The notes: generated by a model not told the origin, from the sequence alone. A stretch of DNA of 64,000 nt from an uncultured Candidatus Binatia bacterium (GCA_965215605.1 OZ244070.1:2816001-2880000); one strand, 5' to 3'. Shown: positions 10,230-20,119, numbered from the stretch's first letter. Numbers and translations are program-made.

Positions 10230-11156
10230 CTAATCCATCAATCCCGCCGCCGCCGCGCTGATGTGCTCGGCGGACAGTCCGTACTTCCCGTAGAGTCCCT
10301 CAGTATCCCCGGATTCGGCGAACTCGGTGACGCCCACGCGCTTGACGCGGCCGCGGCCCAGTTCGGCCACGGTTTCGGCCACGGCGCTGCCGAGGCCGCC
10401 CGAGATGCCGTGGTCCTCCACGGTGACGATCCTGCCGTGGCTCGACGCCACGGACTCGATGAACTCCGTGTCGATGGGCTTGATGGTGTGGACGTTGGCC
10501 ACCTGGGCGGAGATGCCCTGGGCGGCCAGCAGGTCGGCGGCCTTGAGCACGTTCTCCATCACCGCGCCGGTTCCCACCAGCGACACGTCCGCGCCCTCCC
10601 GCAGCACTACCGCCTTGCCGAACCGGAACTCGTAGCCCTCGCCGTTGACGTCGGCCACCTTCTGGCGGGTGAGGCGCAGGAACACGGGGCCGTCGTGCTG
10701 CTGCGCGATGTATTCCACCGCGCCGCGGGTCTCGATGGCGTCGGCGGGCTGCACCACGGCCATGTTGGGCAGGGTGCGCATGAGCCCCACGTCTTCGGTG
10801 GCCATCTGGCTGTAGCCGTCCTCGCCGATGCCGATGCCGGCGTGGGTGCCGACGATCTTCACGTTGGCACGGTTGTAGGCCACCGCCATGCGGATCTGCT
10901 CGAAGCGGCCCACCACGAAGCAGGCAAAGCTGCAGATGAAGGGGATCTTGCCCGCCAGGGCCATACCGGCGCCGACCCCCACCATGTTGCCCTCGGCGAT
11001 GCCGACGTCGAAGAATCGCTCGGGATGCTTCCGCGAGAACTCGTCGGTCATGGTGGACTTCCGGAGGTCGGCGTCGAGGACGACGATGTCCGGATTGGTG
11101 TCGGCCAGCCGGGTCACGGTCTCGCCGAAGGTCACGCGTGTTGCGATTGCGCTCAT
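10230..11156 (-). CDS. Transketolase, C-terminal subunit (split type)
   Basis: LDADL, DVGIAEGNMVG, GEDGYSQ, TVEDH. Confidence 0.92.
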   Translation of the reverse strand: MSAIATRVTFGETVTRLADTNPDIVVLDADLRKSTMTDEFSRKHPERFFDVGIAEGNMVGVGAGMALAGKIPFICSFACFVVGRFEQIRMAVAYNRANVKIVGTHAGIGIGEDGYSQMATEDVGLMRTLPNMAVVQPADAIETRGAVEYIAQQHDGPVFLRLTRQKVADVNGEGYEFRFGKAVVLREGADVSLVGTGAVMENVLKAADLLAAQGISAQVANVHTIKPIDTEFIESVASSHGRIVTVEDHGISGGLGSAVAETVAELGRGRVKRVGVTEFAESGDTEGLYGKYGLSAEHISAAAAGLMD

Positions 11157-11175
11157 GTGCTCTCTTCCCTGCCGC

Positions 11176-12006
11176 TCAGGAGGCCGGCGGCGCTCCGTTG
11201 ACGATCTCTTCGATGGCGCGGTCGCCTTCCTCGCGGCTGGGAGCCTTGCCGTGCCACTCCCAGCGGTTCTCCATGAAGCTGACCCCTTTGCCCTTGACGG
11301 TCTGGCAGACGATCATGGTGGGGCCGCCGCGATGCTGCTCGGCGGCCTTCAGCGCGTCGAGGATGGCGGGAAAGTCGTGGCCGTCGATCTCCAGGGTGTT
11401 CCAGTTGAAGGCGCGCCACTTGTCGAGCAGCGGCTCCAGGCTCATGATGTCGTCCGTCACACCGCTCAGCTGGATGTGGTTGTAGTCCATGAGCACGCAG
11501 AGGTTGTCAAGCTTGAACCGGGGCGCGGACATGGCCGCCTCCCAGATCTGTCCGGCTTGGCACTCGCCGTCGCTGATGACGCAGTAGGTGCGGTAGTCCT
11601 TGCCGCCCGTCTTTCCCGCCAGGGCCATCCCCACAGCCACCGACAAGCCCTGTCCGAGGGAGCCGGTGGAGGCTTCGACGTACGGGAAGCGATGCCGGTC
11701 CGGGTGTCCCTGCATCCGGCTGTTGAGTTTGCGCAGGCTCAGCGTCTCGTCCCGCTCGAAGTAGCCGGCCTTGGCCAGGGCGGCGTACACCGCGGGCACG
11801 CAGTGGCCCTTGGAGAGCACGAAGCGGTCCCGGTCCGGCCAGTCGGGCTGTTCCGGCCGGTGGCGCATCTGGTGGAAGTACAGCGCCGTCACCATGTCGG
11901 TGCACGACAGCGAGCCGCCGGGGTGGCCGGAGCCCGCCTCCACCAGCATGCGGATCACGTCGACTCTGATTTCCTTGGCTATGGCCTCGAGTTCCGGGAT
12001 CGTCAT
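11176..12006 (-). CDS. Transketolase, N-terminal subunit (split type)
   Basis: GSGHPGGSLS, DRFVLSKGH, GSLGQG, SDGECQAGQIWEA ThDP motif, TVKGKG. Confidence 0.93.
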   Translation of the reverse strand: MTIPELEAIAKEIRVDVIRMLVEAGSGHPGGSLSCTDMVTALYFHQMRHRPEQPDWPDRDRFVLSKGHCVPAVYAALAKAGYFERDETLSLRKLNSRMQGHPDRHRFPYVEASTGSLGQGLSVAVGMALAGKTGGKDYRTYCVISDGECQAGQIWEAAMSAPRFKLDNLCVLMDYNHIQLSGVTDDIMSLEPLLDKWRAFNWNTLEIDGHDFPAILDALKAAEQHRGGPTMIVCQTVKGKGVSFMENRWEWHGKAPSREEGDRAIEEIVNGAPPAS

Positions 12007-12008
12007 GT

Positions 12009-12785
12009 TTACACCATGGTCTGCCCGCCGCAGATGTTGAGGGCCTGTCCGGTGATGCCGGACGCCTTGTCCGATGCCAAGTACACCGCGAACCGGGCGA
12101 TCTCCTCCGGGTCCAGGAACCGCCGGATCGGCACCGCCGCCAGCGCCTGCTGCTTGAAGGACTCCGGGTCCGTTCCCTGCCGCTCGGCGATCTGCTCGAT
12201 GCCGGCGCGGGACATCTCCGTGTCCACCCAGCCGGGGCACAGGGCGTTGACGGTGATGCCGCGGGACACCAGCTCCAGCGCCAGCGCCCGTGTGAAGCCG
12301 ATGAGCCCGTGCTTGCTGGCGCAGTAGGCGGCATAGCCGGGAACGCCGAACTTGCCCAGCACCGAGGAGATGTTGATGATCCGGCCGTCGCCGTCATCGC
12401 TCATGATCCCCAGGACTTCCTTGGTCAGCAGGTAGACGCCGGTCAGGTTCGTGTCGACGATGGCATGCCACAGGCCGTCGTCCGCGTCGTCCATGGGCGT
12501 CATCCCCGAGGCTCCCGCGTTGTTCACCAGGATGTGGACCCGCCCCCAGCATTCCCGCACCCTGTTCACGCAGTCGCGGATGCCGGCCTTGTCCGTTACG
12601 TCGACCGGGACGGGGAGTACGGAATGGCCCTCCGTCCGCAACTCCTCCGCCACGGCCTCAAGCCTCGCCCCGTCGCGCGCGGCGATGACGACGCGGGCGC
12701 CTTCCTCCGCCATGGCCCGCGCCACGGCCTTGCCGATGCCGGTACCGCCGCCCGTGACCAGCGCTACTCGTTCCGACAGTTCCAT
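12009..12785 (-). CDS. Short-chain dehydrogenase/reductase
   Basis: TGGGTGIG, NNAG, YCASK, ALCPGWVDT. Confidence 0.92.
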   Translation of the reverse strand: MELSERVALVTGGGTGIGKAVARAMAEEGARVVIAARDGARLEAVAEELRTEGHSVLPVPVDVTDKAGIRDCVNRVRECWGRVHILVNNAGASGMTPMDDADDGLWHAIVDTNLTGVYLLTKEVLGIMSDDGDGRIINISSVLGKFGVPGYAAYCASKHGLIGFTRALALELVSRGITVNALCPGWVDTEMSRAGIEQIAERQGTDPESFKQQALAAVPIRRFLDPEEIARFAVYLASDKASGITGQALNICGGQTMV

Positions 12786-12828
12786 GCGGTGGGACGGGCC
12801 GGCTCCTCGGTCCAACGAAACGGCGGCG

Positions 12829-13608
12829 TCAGGACCGCTTGCCGCTCAGCGCCCCGAGCAGTCGCGCGATAGGGTCGTAGAACCGCGTCACCACGCGTTC
12901 CTTCAAGGGGATGATGGAGTTGTCGGTGATCTTGATGTTCTCCGGGCAGACTTCGGTGCAACACTTGGTGATGTTGCAGAAGCCCAGGCCGGCCTCGTTG
13001 CGCAGGAACTCCAGCCGGTCGTCGGTGTCCAGCGGGTGCATCTCCAGGCTCGCCACCCGCACGAAGAAACGCGGTCCGGCGAAGCTCGGCTTGTTGTCGT
13101 CGTGGTCGCGGATGACGTGGCAGACGTTCTGGCACAGGTAGCACTCGATGCACTTGTGGAATTCCTGCACCCGGTCGATGTCCTCCTGGTACATGCGCCG
13201 GGTGCCGTCGGCCTCCTTGGGCTTGGGCTTGAAAGGCGGAATGCTCTTGGCTTTCTCGTAGTTGTAGGACACGTCGGTGACGAGATCGCGGATCAGCGGG
13301 AAGGTCTTGATGGGGGCCACGGTGACCGTCTCGCCGGGCTCGAACGTGTTCATGCGCGTCATGCACATGAGCCGTGGCTTGCCGTTGACCTCGGCGCTGC
13401 AGGAGCCGCACTTCCCGGCCTTGCAGTTCCAGCGCACGGCGAGGTCGCCGGCGTGCATGGCCTGGATGCTGTGGATCACGTCCAGCACCACCATGCCCTC
13501 CTCGAGCGGCACGCTGTAGTCCCGGAATTCTCCGCCGCCGCCGTCGCCGCGCCAGACGCGCATCTTCGCTTCCGCACCGTTTCCTGCAACCGCTGCTTCA
13601 GGCATCAA
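12829..13608 (-). CDS. sdhB: Succinate dehydrogenase/fumarate reductase Fe-S subunit (module 1)
   Basis: CKAGKCGSC...C, CIECYLCQNVC, CNITKCCTEVCP. Confidence 0.92.
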   Translation of the reverse strand: MMPEAAVAGNGAEAKMRVWRGDGGGGEFRDYSVPLEEGMVVLDVIHSIQAMHAGDLAVRWNCKAGKCGSCSAEVNGKPRLMCMTRMNTFEPGETVTVAPIKTFPLIRDLVTDVSYNYEKAKSIPPFKPKPKEADGTRRMYQEDIDRVQEFHKCIECYLCQNVCHVIRDHDDNKPSFAGPRFFVRVASLEMHPLDTDDRLEFLRNEAGLGFCNITKCCTEVCPENIKITDNSIIPLKERVVTRFYDPIARLLGALSGKRS

Positions 13609-15407
13609 ACTTGCTCCTCGACGATTTTCTTGAGCTCCTCGGGCATCTCGGGCAGGGGCTCGAGGGAAACCGAGATGGTTCCGTTCTGCTTGCGGGTCAC
13701 GACGTTCACGGCGCCGAACTTGGGATCGGGGTCCGGATAGTCGTCACGGGTGTGCCCGCCCCGGCTCTCCTTGCACTCGAGGGCCGAGAGGGTGGCGGCC
13801 TCGGCCACCGCCAGCAGCGCCTTCAGGTCCAGCGCCAGGTGCCAGCCGGGGTTGAAACGCCGGCCGCCCTCGACCTTGACTTGGGCGGCCCGGTCCTTGT
13901 ACACCGCGATCTCCTCCAGCGCCTTCAGCATCTCGCTCTCGGTGCGGATGATGCCCACCAGGTTGTGCATGGTGCGCTGAAGATCGCTGTGAATCGCGTA
14001 GGGGTTCTCGTTTCCGCGGTCCGTGAAGGGCTCCAGCATCAGCGTCGTGAGCCGCTCGACTTCAGCCGGATCGGCCGCCGTCGCCGCCGCCGCTCCCTGG
14101 GCGTAATCCGTGGCCGAGGCGCCGGCGATGCGTCCGAACACCAGCAGGTCGGAGAGCGAGTTGCCGCCGAGCCGGTTGGCGCCGTGCAGCCCTCCCGCCA
14201 CCTCGCCCGCGGCGTAGAGGCCCGGCACCGTGGTGGCGGAGGTGTCGGCGTCCACCCGGACGCCGCCCATGATGTAGTGGCAGGTGGGCCCCACCTCCAT
14301 GGCTTCCTTGGTGATGTCCACGTCCGCCAGCTCCTTGAACTGGTGGTACATGGACGGCAGCCGCCGCTGGATGTACTCCGCGTCGCGGCGGTTGGCGATG
14401 TCCAGGAGCACGCCGCCGTGCTCGGTGCCGCGGCCGGCCTTGACCTCCGAGTTGATGGCCCGGGCCACCTCGTCCCGCGGCAGCAGGTCCGGTGTGCGGC
14501 GGTTGTTCTTTTTGTCCTGGTACCAAGCGTCGGCCTCGGTCTCGTTGTCTGCGGTCTCCGCCTTGAAGAAGTCGGAGATGTAGTTGAACATGAAGCGTTC
14601 GCCCTCGGAGTTCAGCAGGGTGCCGCCGTCGCCGCGCACGCCTTCGGTTACCAGGATGCCGCGGACGCTGGGGGGCCAGACCATCCCGGTGGGGTGGAAC
14701 TGGACCTTTTCCATGTCGATGAGATCGGCCCCCACCTCCATGGCCATGCCCATGCCGTCGCCGCTGTATTCCCAGGAGTTGGAGGTCACCTGCCAGCACT
14801 TGCCGGAGCCGCCGGTGGCCAGCACCACCGCCTTGCAGTTGAACACGATCAGGTCGCCGCTCTCGCGCCAGTAGCCCACCACCCCGCTGACCCTGCCGTC
14901 GTTCATCAGCAGGTGCTGGATGTTGCACTCCATGTAGACGTCGATGCCCAGCGCCACCGCCCGCTGCTGCAGGGTCCGGATCATCTCCAGCCCGGTGCGG
15001 TCGCCCACGTGCGCCAGCCGGGCGTAGCGGTGGCCGCCGAAGTCGCGCTGCAGGATCAGTCCCTCGTCGGTACGGTCGAACAGCGCGCCCCATTCTTCCA
15101 GCTCCAGCACCCGGTCGGGCGCCTGCTGGGCGTGGATCTGCGCCATGCGCCAGTTGTTCAGCAGCTTGCCGCCCCGCATGGTGTCGCGGAAGTGGACTTT
15201 CCAGTTGTCCTCGGGCCAGACGTTGCCCATGGCCGCGGCGATGCCGCCCTCGGCCATGACCGTGTGCGCTTTGCCCAGCAGCGACTTGCAGATGATGGCG
15301 GTGCTGGCGCCCTTGTCGTGGGCCTCGATGGCGGCCCGCAGCCCGGCGCCGCCGGCCCCCACCACCACCACGTCGTACGTGTGCGTCTCGGAGCTCTCGC
15401 CGGCCAT
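13605..15407 (-). CDS. sdhA: Succinate dehydrogenase/fumarate reductase flavoprotein (module 1)
   Basis: GAGGAG, KAHTVMAEGG (covalent-FAD His), QFHPTG, TEGVRG, RDEVAR, CHYIMGG, HGANRLGGNSL. Confidence 0.95.
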   Translation of the reverse strand: MAGESSETHTYDVVVVGAGGAGLRAAIEAHDKGASTAIICKSLLGKAHTVMAEGGIAAAMGNVWPEDNWKVHFRDTMRGGKLLNNWRMAQIHAQQAPDRVLELEEWGALFDRTDEGLILQRDFGGHRYARLAHVGDRTGLEMIRTLQQRAVALGIDVYMECNIQHLLMNDGRVSGVVGYWRESGDLIVFNCKAVVLATGGSGKCWQVTSNSWEYSGDGMGMAMEVGADLIDMEKVQFHPTGMVWPPSVRGILVTEGVRGDGGTLLNSEGERFMFNYISDFFKAETADNETEADAWYQDKKNNRRTPDLLPRDEVARAINSEVKAGRGTEHGGVLLDIANRRDAEYIQRRLPSMYHQFKELADVDITKEAMEVGPTCHYIMGGVRVDADTSATTVPGLYAAGEVAGGLHGANRLGGNSLSDLLVFGRIAGASATDYAQGAAAATAADPAEVERLTTLMLEPFTDRGNENPYAIHSDLQRTMHNLVGIIRTESEMLKALEEIAVYKDRAAQVKVEGGRRFNPGWHLALDLKALLAVAEAATLSALECKESRGGHTRDDYPDPDPKFGAVNVVTRKQNGTISVSLEPLPEMPEELKKIVEEQV

Positions 15408-16165
15408 CAGATGATCCTCAGGTCCTGGATGACGCCGGTGGCCACCAGTCGCACGTAGGCGTCGGTCAGGCCCACCCACACGAGGCTGACCCAGGCGATC
15501 TGCATGTGCTTCTCGTTGAGTTTGGTGACGATGCCCCAGAGCTTGAAGCGTCCGGGCGCGGCCTTGAAGCTGTTGAGGCCGCCGCCACACAGATGCCGGC
15601 ACGAGTGGCACGAAAAGCTGTAGAGCGATAGCAGCGAGGCGTTGGCGATCAGCACCAGGGTGCCCAGGCCGATGCCGAAGCTGCCGCCGAAGTTGAACGC
15701 GATGATGGCGTCCCACCACAGGAACGCCAGGATCGGCAGCGACGCCCAGAAGAAGTACCGGTGGATGTTCTGCAGGATGAACGGGAAACGGGTCTCGCCG
15801 GAGTAGCTGCCGGCGGCGTCCTTCACCGCGCAGGCCGGCGGCGACCAGAAGAAGGACCGGTAGTAGGCCTTGCGGTAGTAGTAGCAGGTGAGGCGGAAGC
15901 CGCCCGGAATCCACAGGATCAGGATCGCCGGCGACCAGTTGTACCACTCGCCGAAGAGCGGCACGCTCACGTGCGCGCAGTTGATGGCGAGGCACGGCGA
16001 GTAGAAGGGCGAGAGGTAGGGCGCCGCGTAGTAGTCGCCGTTCTGAAGCGCGGCCCAGGTGGAGTAGAGGGCAAAGCAGCCCAGACCCAATACCACCAGC
16101 ATCGGCTCAAGCCACCACGTATCCTGCCGCAGGGTTCTCTTGCTGTCGATTGCTATGCTGCTCAT
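15407..16165 (-). CDS. SDH membrane anchor resembling the mycobacterial Sdh1 (Rv0249c-like) type
   Basis: YLSPFYSP, FRLTCYYYRKAYYR, HRYFF, SCHSCRH; TM helices; TGATG coupling to sdhA. Confidence 0.8.
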   Translation of the reverse strand: MSSIAIDSKRTLRQDTWWLEPMLVVLGLGCFALYSTWAALQNGDYYAAPYLSPFYSPCLAINCAHVSVPLFGEWYNWSPAILILWIPGGFRLTCYYYRKAYYRSFFWSPPACAVKDAAGSYSGETRFPFILQNIHRYFFWASLPILAFLWWDAIIAFNFGGSFGIGLGTLVLIANASLLSLYSFSCHSCRHLCGGGLNSFKAAPGRFKLWGIVTKLNEKHMQIAWVSLVWVGLTDAYVRLVATGVIQDLRII

Positions 16166-16266
16166 GATGCGGTGTTCTTCGCTCCTTTTCGTGTGTGTTG
16201 TTCCGCCCGAGCCGGAACCTGTCGGGTCCCGGCCCCGGGCCGGCGGCTATGGGATCCGGCAGTCCG

Positions 16267-16470
16267 TCACTGCCGCTTCTTCACCACCTCGTAGCCCAGC
16301 TCGTCGATGCCGGACAGGATCTCCGCCAGGGCCGTCTCGTCTTCGACCCAAGCGTGGCCGAGCCGGACCTTCACGGCGTAGTAGTAGCCGAAGGGACGCT
16401 GCGCCTTGCGGAACTTGAAGAGTTCCCGGGCAAGGTTGACGGGATTGGGCTTGTATTCGTCCTTGCCCAT
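16267..16470 (-). CDS. Small hypothetical protein (67 aa)
   Basis: Starts 3 nt after the CCG-protein stop; GC3-rich codon use. Confidence 0.65.
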   Translation of the reverse strand: MGKDEYKPNPVNLARELFKFRKAQRPFGYYYAVKVRLGHAWVEDETALAEILSGIDELGYEVVKKRQ

Positions 16471-16473
16471 ACT

Positions 16474-17352
16474 CTAAGTGAGCATGTCCACCTTGTCGTT
16501 GACGCCCTTGGTGGACACGATGTGCCGCCCGAGCTGCATCTCGTCGGTGTTGAACCCCAGGGCCAGTCCCACGAGCTGCGGCAGATGGATGATCGGCAGG
16601 TCGATCTTCTCCCCCGTCTGGCCCTCGGCTCTCGGCTGGTTGCCGTCGAGGTTCAAATGGCACAGCGGACAGGGAGTCACCATGCAGTCGGCGCCTTTCT
16701 GACTCGACTCGCCCGCGTGCTTGGCCACCATGCCCAGGGAGGCCTCCTCGTTGGCGGTGAGGATGGGGAAGCCGCAGCACTTGGTCTTGCCGCTGATGTC
16801 GACGTTCTCCGCCCCCAGGATCTGGGTAAGGTCCTCCAGGTAGCCCCGGCGGGCGCCCACATCCTTGGTGGGCACCATGATGTTTCCGGGCCGGCGCAGG
16901 AAGCAGCCGTAGAACGGCGACACCCTGAGGCCGTTCAAGGGACGCTCGATCAGCGCCTTGAGCTTCTCGATGCCGTAGTCCTCGAACAGCACCCACAGCA
17001 TGTGCTTGACCTCGGTGGTTCCCTGGTACGAGAGCCCTTCCTCGGCCAGATACTCGCGGTTGATCTCTTCCCGGTACTCGGCGTCCTGGAGCCGGTGGTT
17101 GGCCTGACTGAAGACACCCTGGCAGGTGCTGCAGATGGTCATGATCGGCAATCCCATCTGCTCCGCCTTGGCAAAGGTCCGCGCGTTAATGGGGTCCGAG
17201 AGCTGCGTCGGCATGCAGCCGGCGCCGGTGCAGGCCACGTCGGACATCTCTTCGAGCTCGATGTCAAGCTTCTCGGCGACCTTGCAGGCCGCGGAATAGA
17301 GCTCGGGACAGCCGCCCTTGGCCACACATCCGGGATAGAACGCGTATTTCAC
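16474..17352 (-). CDS. CCG-domain (HdrB/SdhE-like) subunit
   Basis: YAFYPGC, CTGAG, TICSTC, FYGC, KCCG, TPCPLC; GTG start overlaps the upstream stop. Confidence 0.9.
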   Translation of the reverse strand: MKYAFYPGCVAKGGCPELYSAACKVAEKLDIELEEMSDVACTGAGCMPTQLSDPINARTFAKAEQMGLPIMTICSTCQGVFSQANHRLQDAEYREEINREYLAEEGLSYQGTTEVKHMLWVLFEDYGIEKLKALIERPLNGLRVSPFYGCFLRRPGNIMVPTKDVGARRGYLEDLTQILGAENVDISGKTKCCGFPILTANEEASLGMVAKHAGESSQKGADCMVTPCPLCHLNLDGNQPRAEGQTGEKIDLPIIHLPQLVGLALGFNTDEMQLGRHIVSTKGVNDKVDMLT

Positions 17353-18305
17353 TTGGAGTCCTCTGCTTTCTCGAGAATGCGCTTGATCTGGTCGGCCCCC
17401 GGGCGTTTCTCGTGACGGCCGGGCATCTTCCCTCGCCGCAAGGCGCGCACCGCGGTGGGCAGGAGCTTCATCAACCCCGTCACGTTGGTCATGCCCTCGG
17501 TCTCCATGGCCAGCTTGCGCTCGTCGAGCCAGCCGGTCTGCTTCACCGAGTTGATGAAGCTCGCGTGATGCCGGCCCACCTTCTCGTGCTTGATGCCTTC
17601 CTTGAAGGCCACGTCCCGTATCTCCATGATCTTGCTGGACGGGGCCAGCTTGCGCGGGCATTTGCCGTCGGCCTCGTAGCAGTGGACGCAGTCCCACAGC
17701 CCCTGGGGCTGCTCCACCACCTTCATGCGGGCCTCCATCTTGGCCCCGGTCTCCCGCGGGTCCATCACGAAGCGGTAGCCCTTGACCATGGCGGCTGGCC
17801 CGAGGAAGTCGAAGTTCACCGGCAGCACAGCGCAGCCCTCGTCGCACAGGCTGCATGCATGGCAACTCATGGTCTTGCGCACGTCCGCCATCTCCGACTC
17901 GGGGACCAGGTTCTCCGTGGGTGCGAACTCGTCGTCCGGCTCCATCCACGGCTTCATGGCGGCCATCTTGTTCCAGGAGAACCGGTCCATGTCGAACACC
18001 AGGTCCTTGATGACCGGGATGTTGCGCACCGGATCCAGCAGGACCTCCGGAGCCTTCTTGGTGACGTCGCCAATCCGGGTCGTGCAGGTGAACTGGGCCT
18101 TGTAGTTGATCCGCACCGCGCATTCTCCGCAACTGCCCTGGCAGCAGGAGGCCCGGAAGGCCAGGGTGTCATCCTGCTCGTCCCGGATCTTCTGGAGCCC
18201 GTCCAGGACCGTGGCGTCCTCGGGCAGTTCCACCTGGTAGGTGGAGTAGCTCGACTCGCCGCCGTTTTCCGGGTCCTTGCGATGAACCTTGTAGGTGACT
18301 TCCAT
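17349..18305 (-). CDS. Succinate dehydrogenase/fumarate reductase-like Fe-S subunit (module 2)
   Basis: SCCQGSCGEC...C, CHACSLCDEGC, CVHCYEADGKCP; C-terminal extension; AGGAGG RBS. Confidence 0.88.
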   Translation of the reverse strand: MEVTYKVHRKDPENGGESSYSTYQVELPEDATVLDGLQKIRDEQDDTLAFRASCCQGSCGECAVRINYKAQFTCTTRIGDVTKKAPEVLLDPVRNIPVIKDLVFDMDRFSWNKMAAMKPWMEPDDEFAPTENLVPESEMADVRKTMSCHACSLCDEGCAVLPVNFDFLGPAAMVKGYRFVMDPRETGAKMEARMKVVEQPQGLWDCVHCYEADGKCPRKLAPSSKIMEIRDVAFKEGIKHEKVGRHHASFINSVKQTGWLDERKLAMETEGMTNVTGLMKLLPTAVRALRRGKMPGRHEKRPGADQIKRILEKAEDSK

Positions 18306-18371
18306 GGGTCCTCCTTGACCGGCGCCTCGTGCCCGTGTCCTGCGCGGACGTACGGGCCAGGGCGCCCGCGC

Positions 18372-19985
18372 TTATGCCGATACCGCCCGGGTATCCAGCT
18401 TCGGCGAGCCGTCCTGCGAGCGCACCACCGTGTGCGCCTTCCAGTTCGAATCGTCCCTTTCCGGATGATCGCTCCTGAGATGGGCGCCGCGGCTCTCGGC
18501 GCGGCCCCGGGAGGCCAGGGCCGTGGCCTCCGCCAGTTTCAGCAGGTTGCCCAACTCGATGTAGCCCGCAAGCGCATAGTTGTAGATACGGGACTTGTTG
18601 TTGACGCGAAGCGCGGCATGGCGCTGTTGCAGCGCGCTGATCTTTTCCTGGGCCTCGGCGAGCCCCGCGTCCGTGCGGCTCACCCCCAGGTTGGCGTTCA
18701 TCAACTCCCCCAGCTCCCGATGGATGCCGCCCATGGTGTCGCCGGAGGAGCCACCCGAGGTGATCTCTGCCAGCCGCTCACTGTCCTGCGCGGCTTGGGA
18801 GCCGCCCGCGTCCGCGGCGCCCGCCGACTTGGCGTGGGCCGCCGCCGCTTCGCCCACCCGCCGGCCGAACACCACCGCTTCGGTGAGGGTGTTGCCCGGA
18901 AGGCGTCCGGCGCCGTTGAGCCCGTTGTGGGCGCACTCGCCGACGGCGTAGAGCCCGGCCACCGAGGTCTCGCCGGCGGCGTTGGCCTCGATGCCGCCCA
19001 TGGGCCGGTGCGCCACCGGCTGCACCGGGACCGGGTCCTTGGTGATGTCGATAGCGGCCATGAGCCGGATCACCTCGGCGGCTGCGGGGAAGCGCGACGC
19101 CAGATTGTCCACCGGCCGAAGATCGAGAGAGACCGGGCCGCCGCCGTTCTGGCCGGCCCTGTGGACCTCGGCCGCAAGCTGCGCCCTGGATAGGCCTCCG
19201 GCGTTCACCAGCGTTTCGCCTCCGGCGTTCACCAGCTTCCCCCCCGCACCCAGGGCCGCCTCGCTGATGAGCGCGGTCCTGGCGGCGCTGTACACCGTCG
19301 GATGGAACTGCACCATCTCCAGGTCCACCAGGCCGACGCCCAGGCCGTAGGCCAGCATCAGGCCGTCGCCGGTGGTGCCCACGGCCGAGGTGCAGGGACG
19401 GTACAACTGGGTGGCGCCGCCGGTGGCGAGGACGACGGCGCCCGCCGCGAAGGTCTCGAGCTGGCCGCTCCGGTGCCCCAGGGCCACCGCGCCGGTGCAA
19501 ACCCCGCCGTGCTGGATCAGCGACGTGACGAACCACTCCGCGAAACAGGCGATGTCCTCTCTCTGGAATTGTTCGTGCAGCACGTGGAGGACCATGTGCC
19601 CGGTGCGGTCGTCGGCGTAGGCGGCGCGCTGGACGCTGCTGGAGCCCAGCGCGCGGCAGTCGATGCGCCCTTCGGCGTTACGGTTGAACGGCACGCCGAC
19701 CCGCTCGAGCCAGACGACTTCCCGGGCGGCGTCCGCTGCCAGGATGCTCACGGCCTCGGTGTCGCACAGGCCATCGCCCGCGTTGCCGATGTCCTGGGCA
19801 AACTTTTCCGCGGAATCGTCGCTTCCCAGCGGCGCATTCAGGCCGCCCGGCGACAGCGCCGAGTTGGTTCGCAACGGATGGACCTTGCTCAGCACCGCCA
19901 CCGACGCCCCGGCGCGCTTGGCGGCAATGGCCGCGCGCAAACCGGACGCGCCGCCACCAATAACGAGAACATCATATCGCGGCAC
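18372..19985 (-). CDS. Divergent SdhA/FrdA-family flavoprotein (module 2)
   Basis: GGGASG, EMVQFHPT, AHRPMGG, ESRGAH; RTNSALSPGG where canonical enzymes have RSHT..AQGG. Confidence 0.88.
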   Translation of the reverse strand: MPRYDVLVIGGGASGLRAAIAAKRAGASVAVLSKVHPLRTNSALSPGGLNAPLGSDDSAEKFAQDIGNAGDGLCDTEAVSILAADAAREVVWLERVGVPFNRNAEGRIDCRALGSSSVQRAAYADDRTGHMVLHVLHEQFQREDIACFAEWFVTSLIQHGGVCTGAVALGHRSGQLETFAAGAVVLATGGATQLYRPCTSAVGTTGDGLMLAYGLGVGLVDLEMVQFHPTVYSAARTALISEAALGAGGKLVNAGGETLVNAGGLSRAQLAAEVHRAGQNGGGPVSLDLRPVDNLASRFPAAAEVIRLMAAIDITKDPVPVQPVAHRPMGGIEANAAGETSVAGLYAVGECAHNGLNGAGRLPGNTLTEAVVFGRRVGEAAAAHAKSAGAADAGGSQAAQDSERLAEITSGGSSGDTMGGIHRELGELMNANLGVSRTDAGLAEAQEKISALQQRHAALRVNNKSRIYNYALAGYIELGNLLKLAEATALASRGRAESRGAHLRSDHPERDDSNWKAHTVVRSQDGSPKLDTRAVSA

Positions 19986-20039
19986 TGGGGATCCCCTTTT
20001 CGTTGGTGAGAGGCACGCAAATTCCTTGCGTTTTCACGG

Positions 20040-20069
20040 GGTATAGCAAAACCCGCTCGGACGCGTCAA
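20040..20069 (-). promoter_or_regulatory. Candidate sigma70 promoter for the SDH gene run
   Basis: Minus strand TTGACG, 18 bp, TGC-TATACC. Confidence 0.4.
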
Positions 20070-20119
20070 GGTGGCTTTTGGTGGCGCGCGGCCGGCCGAT
20101 GCGCTATGCCGGGAAGCCT

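Noticed and set aside
13605-15995. Long N-terminal extensions in the ORF track (sdhA 796 aa, CCG protein 552 aa, trpA 680 aa, cyclophilin 568 aa, crtB 602 aa)
   Set aside because: The extensions overlap upstream genes in other frames; true starts lie at stop/start overlaps or after RBSs
18319-18368. Intergenic hairpins within the SDH run (also 16219-16262)
   Set aside because: GC-rich stems without U-tracts or recognisable riboswitch features; probably ordinary mRNA-stability elements
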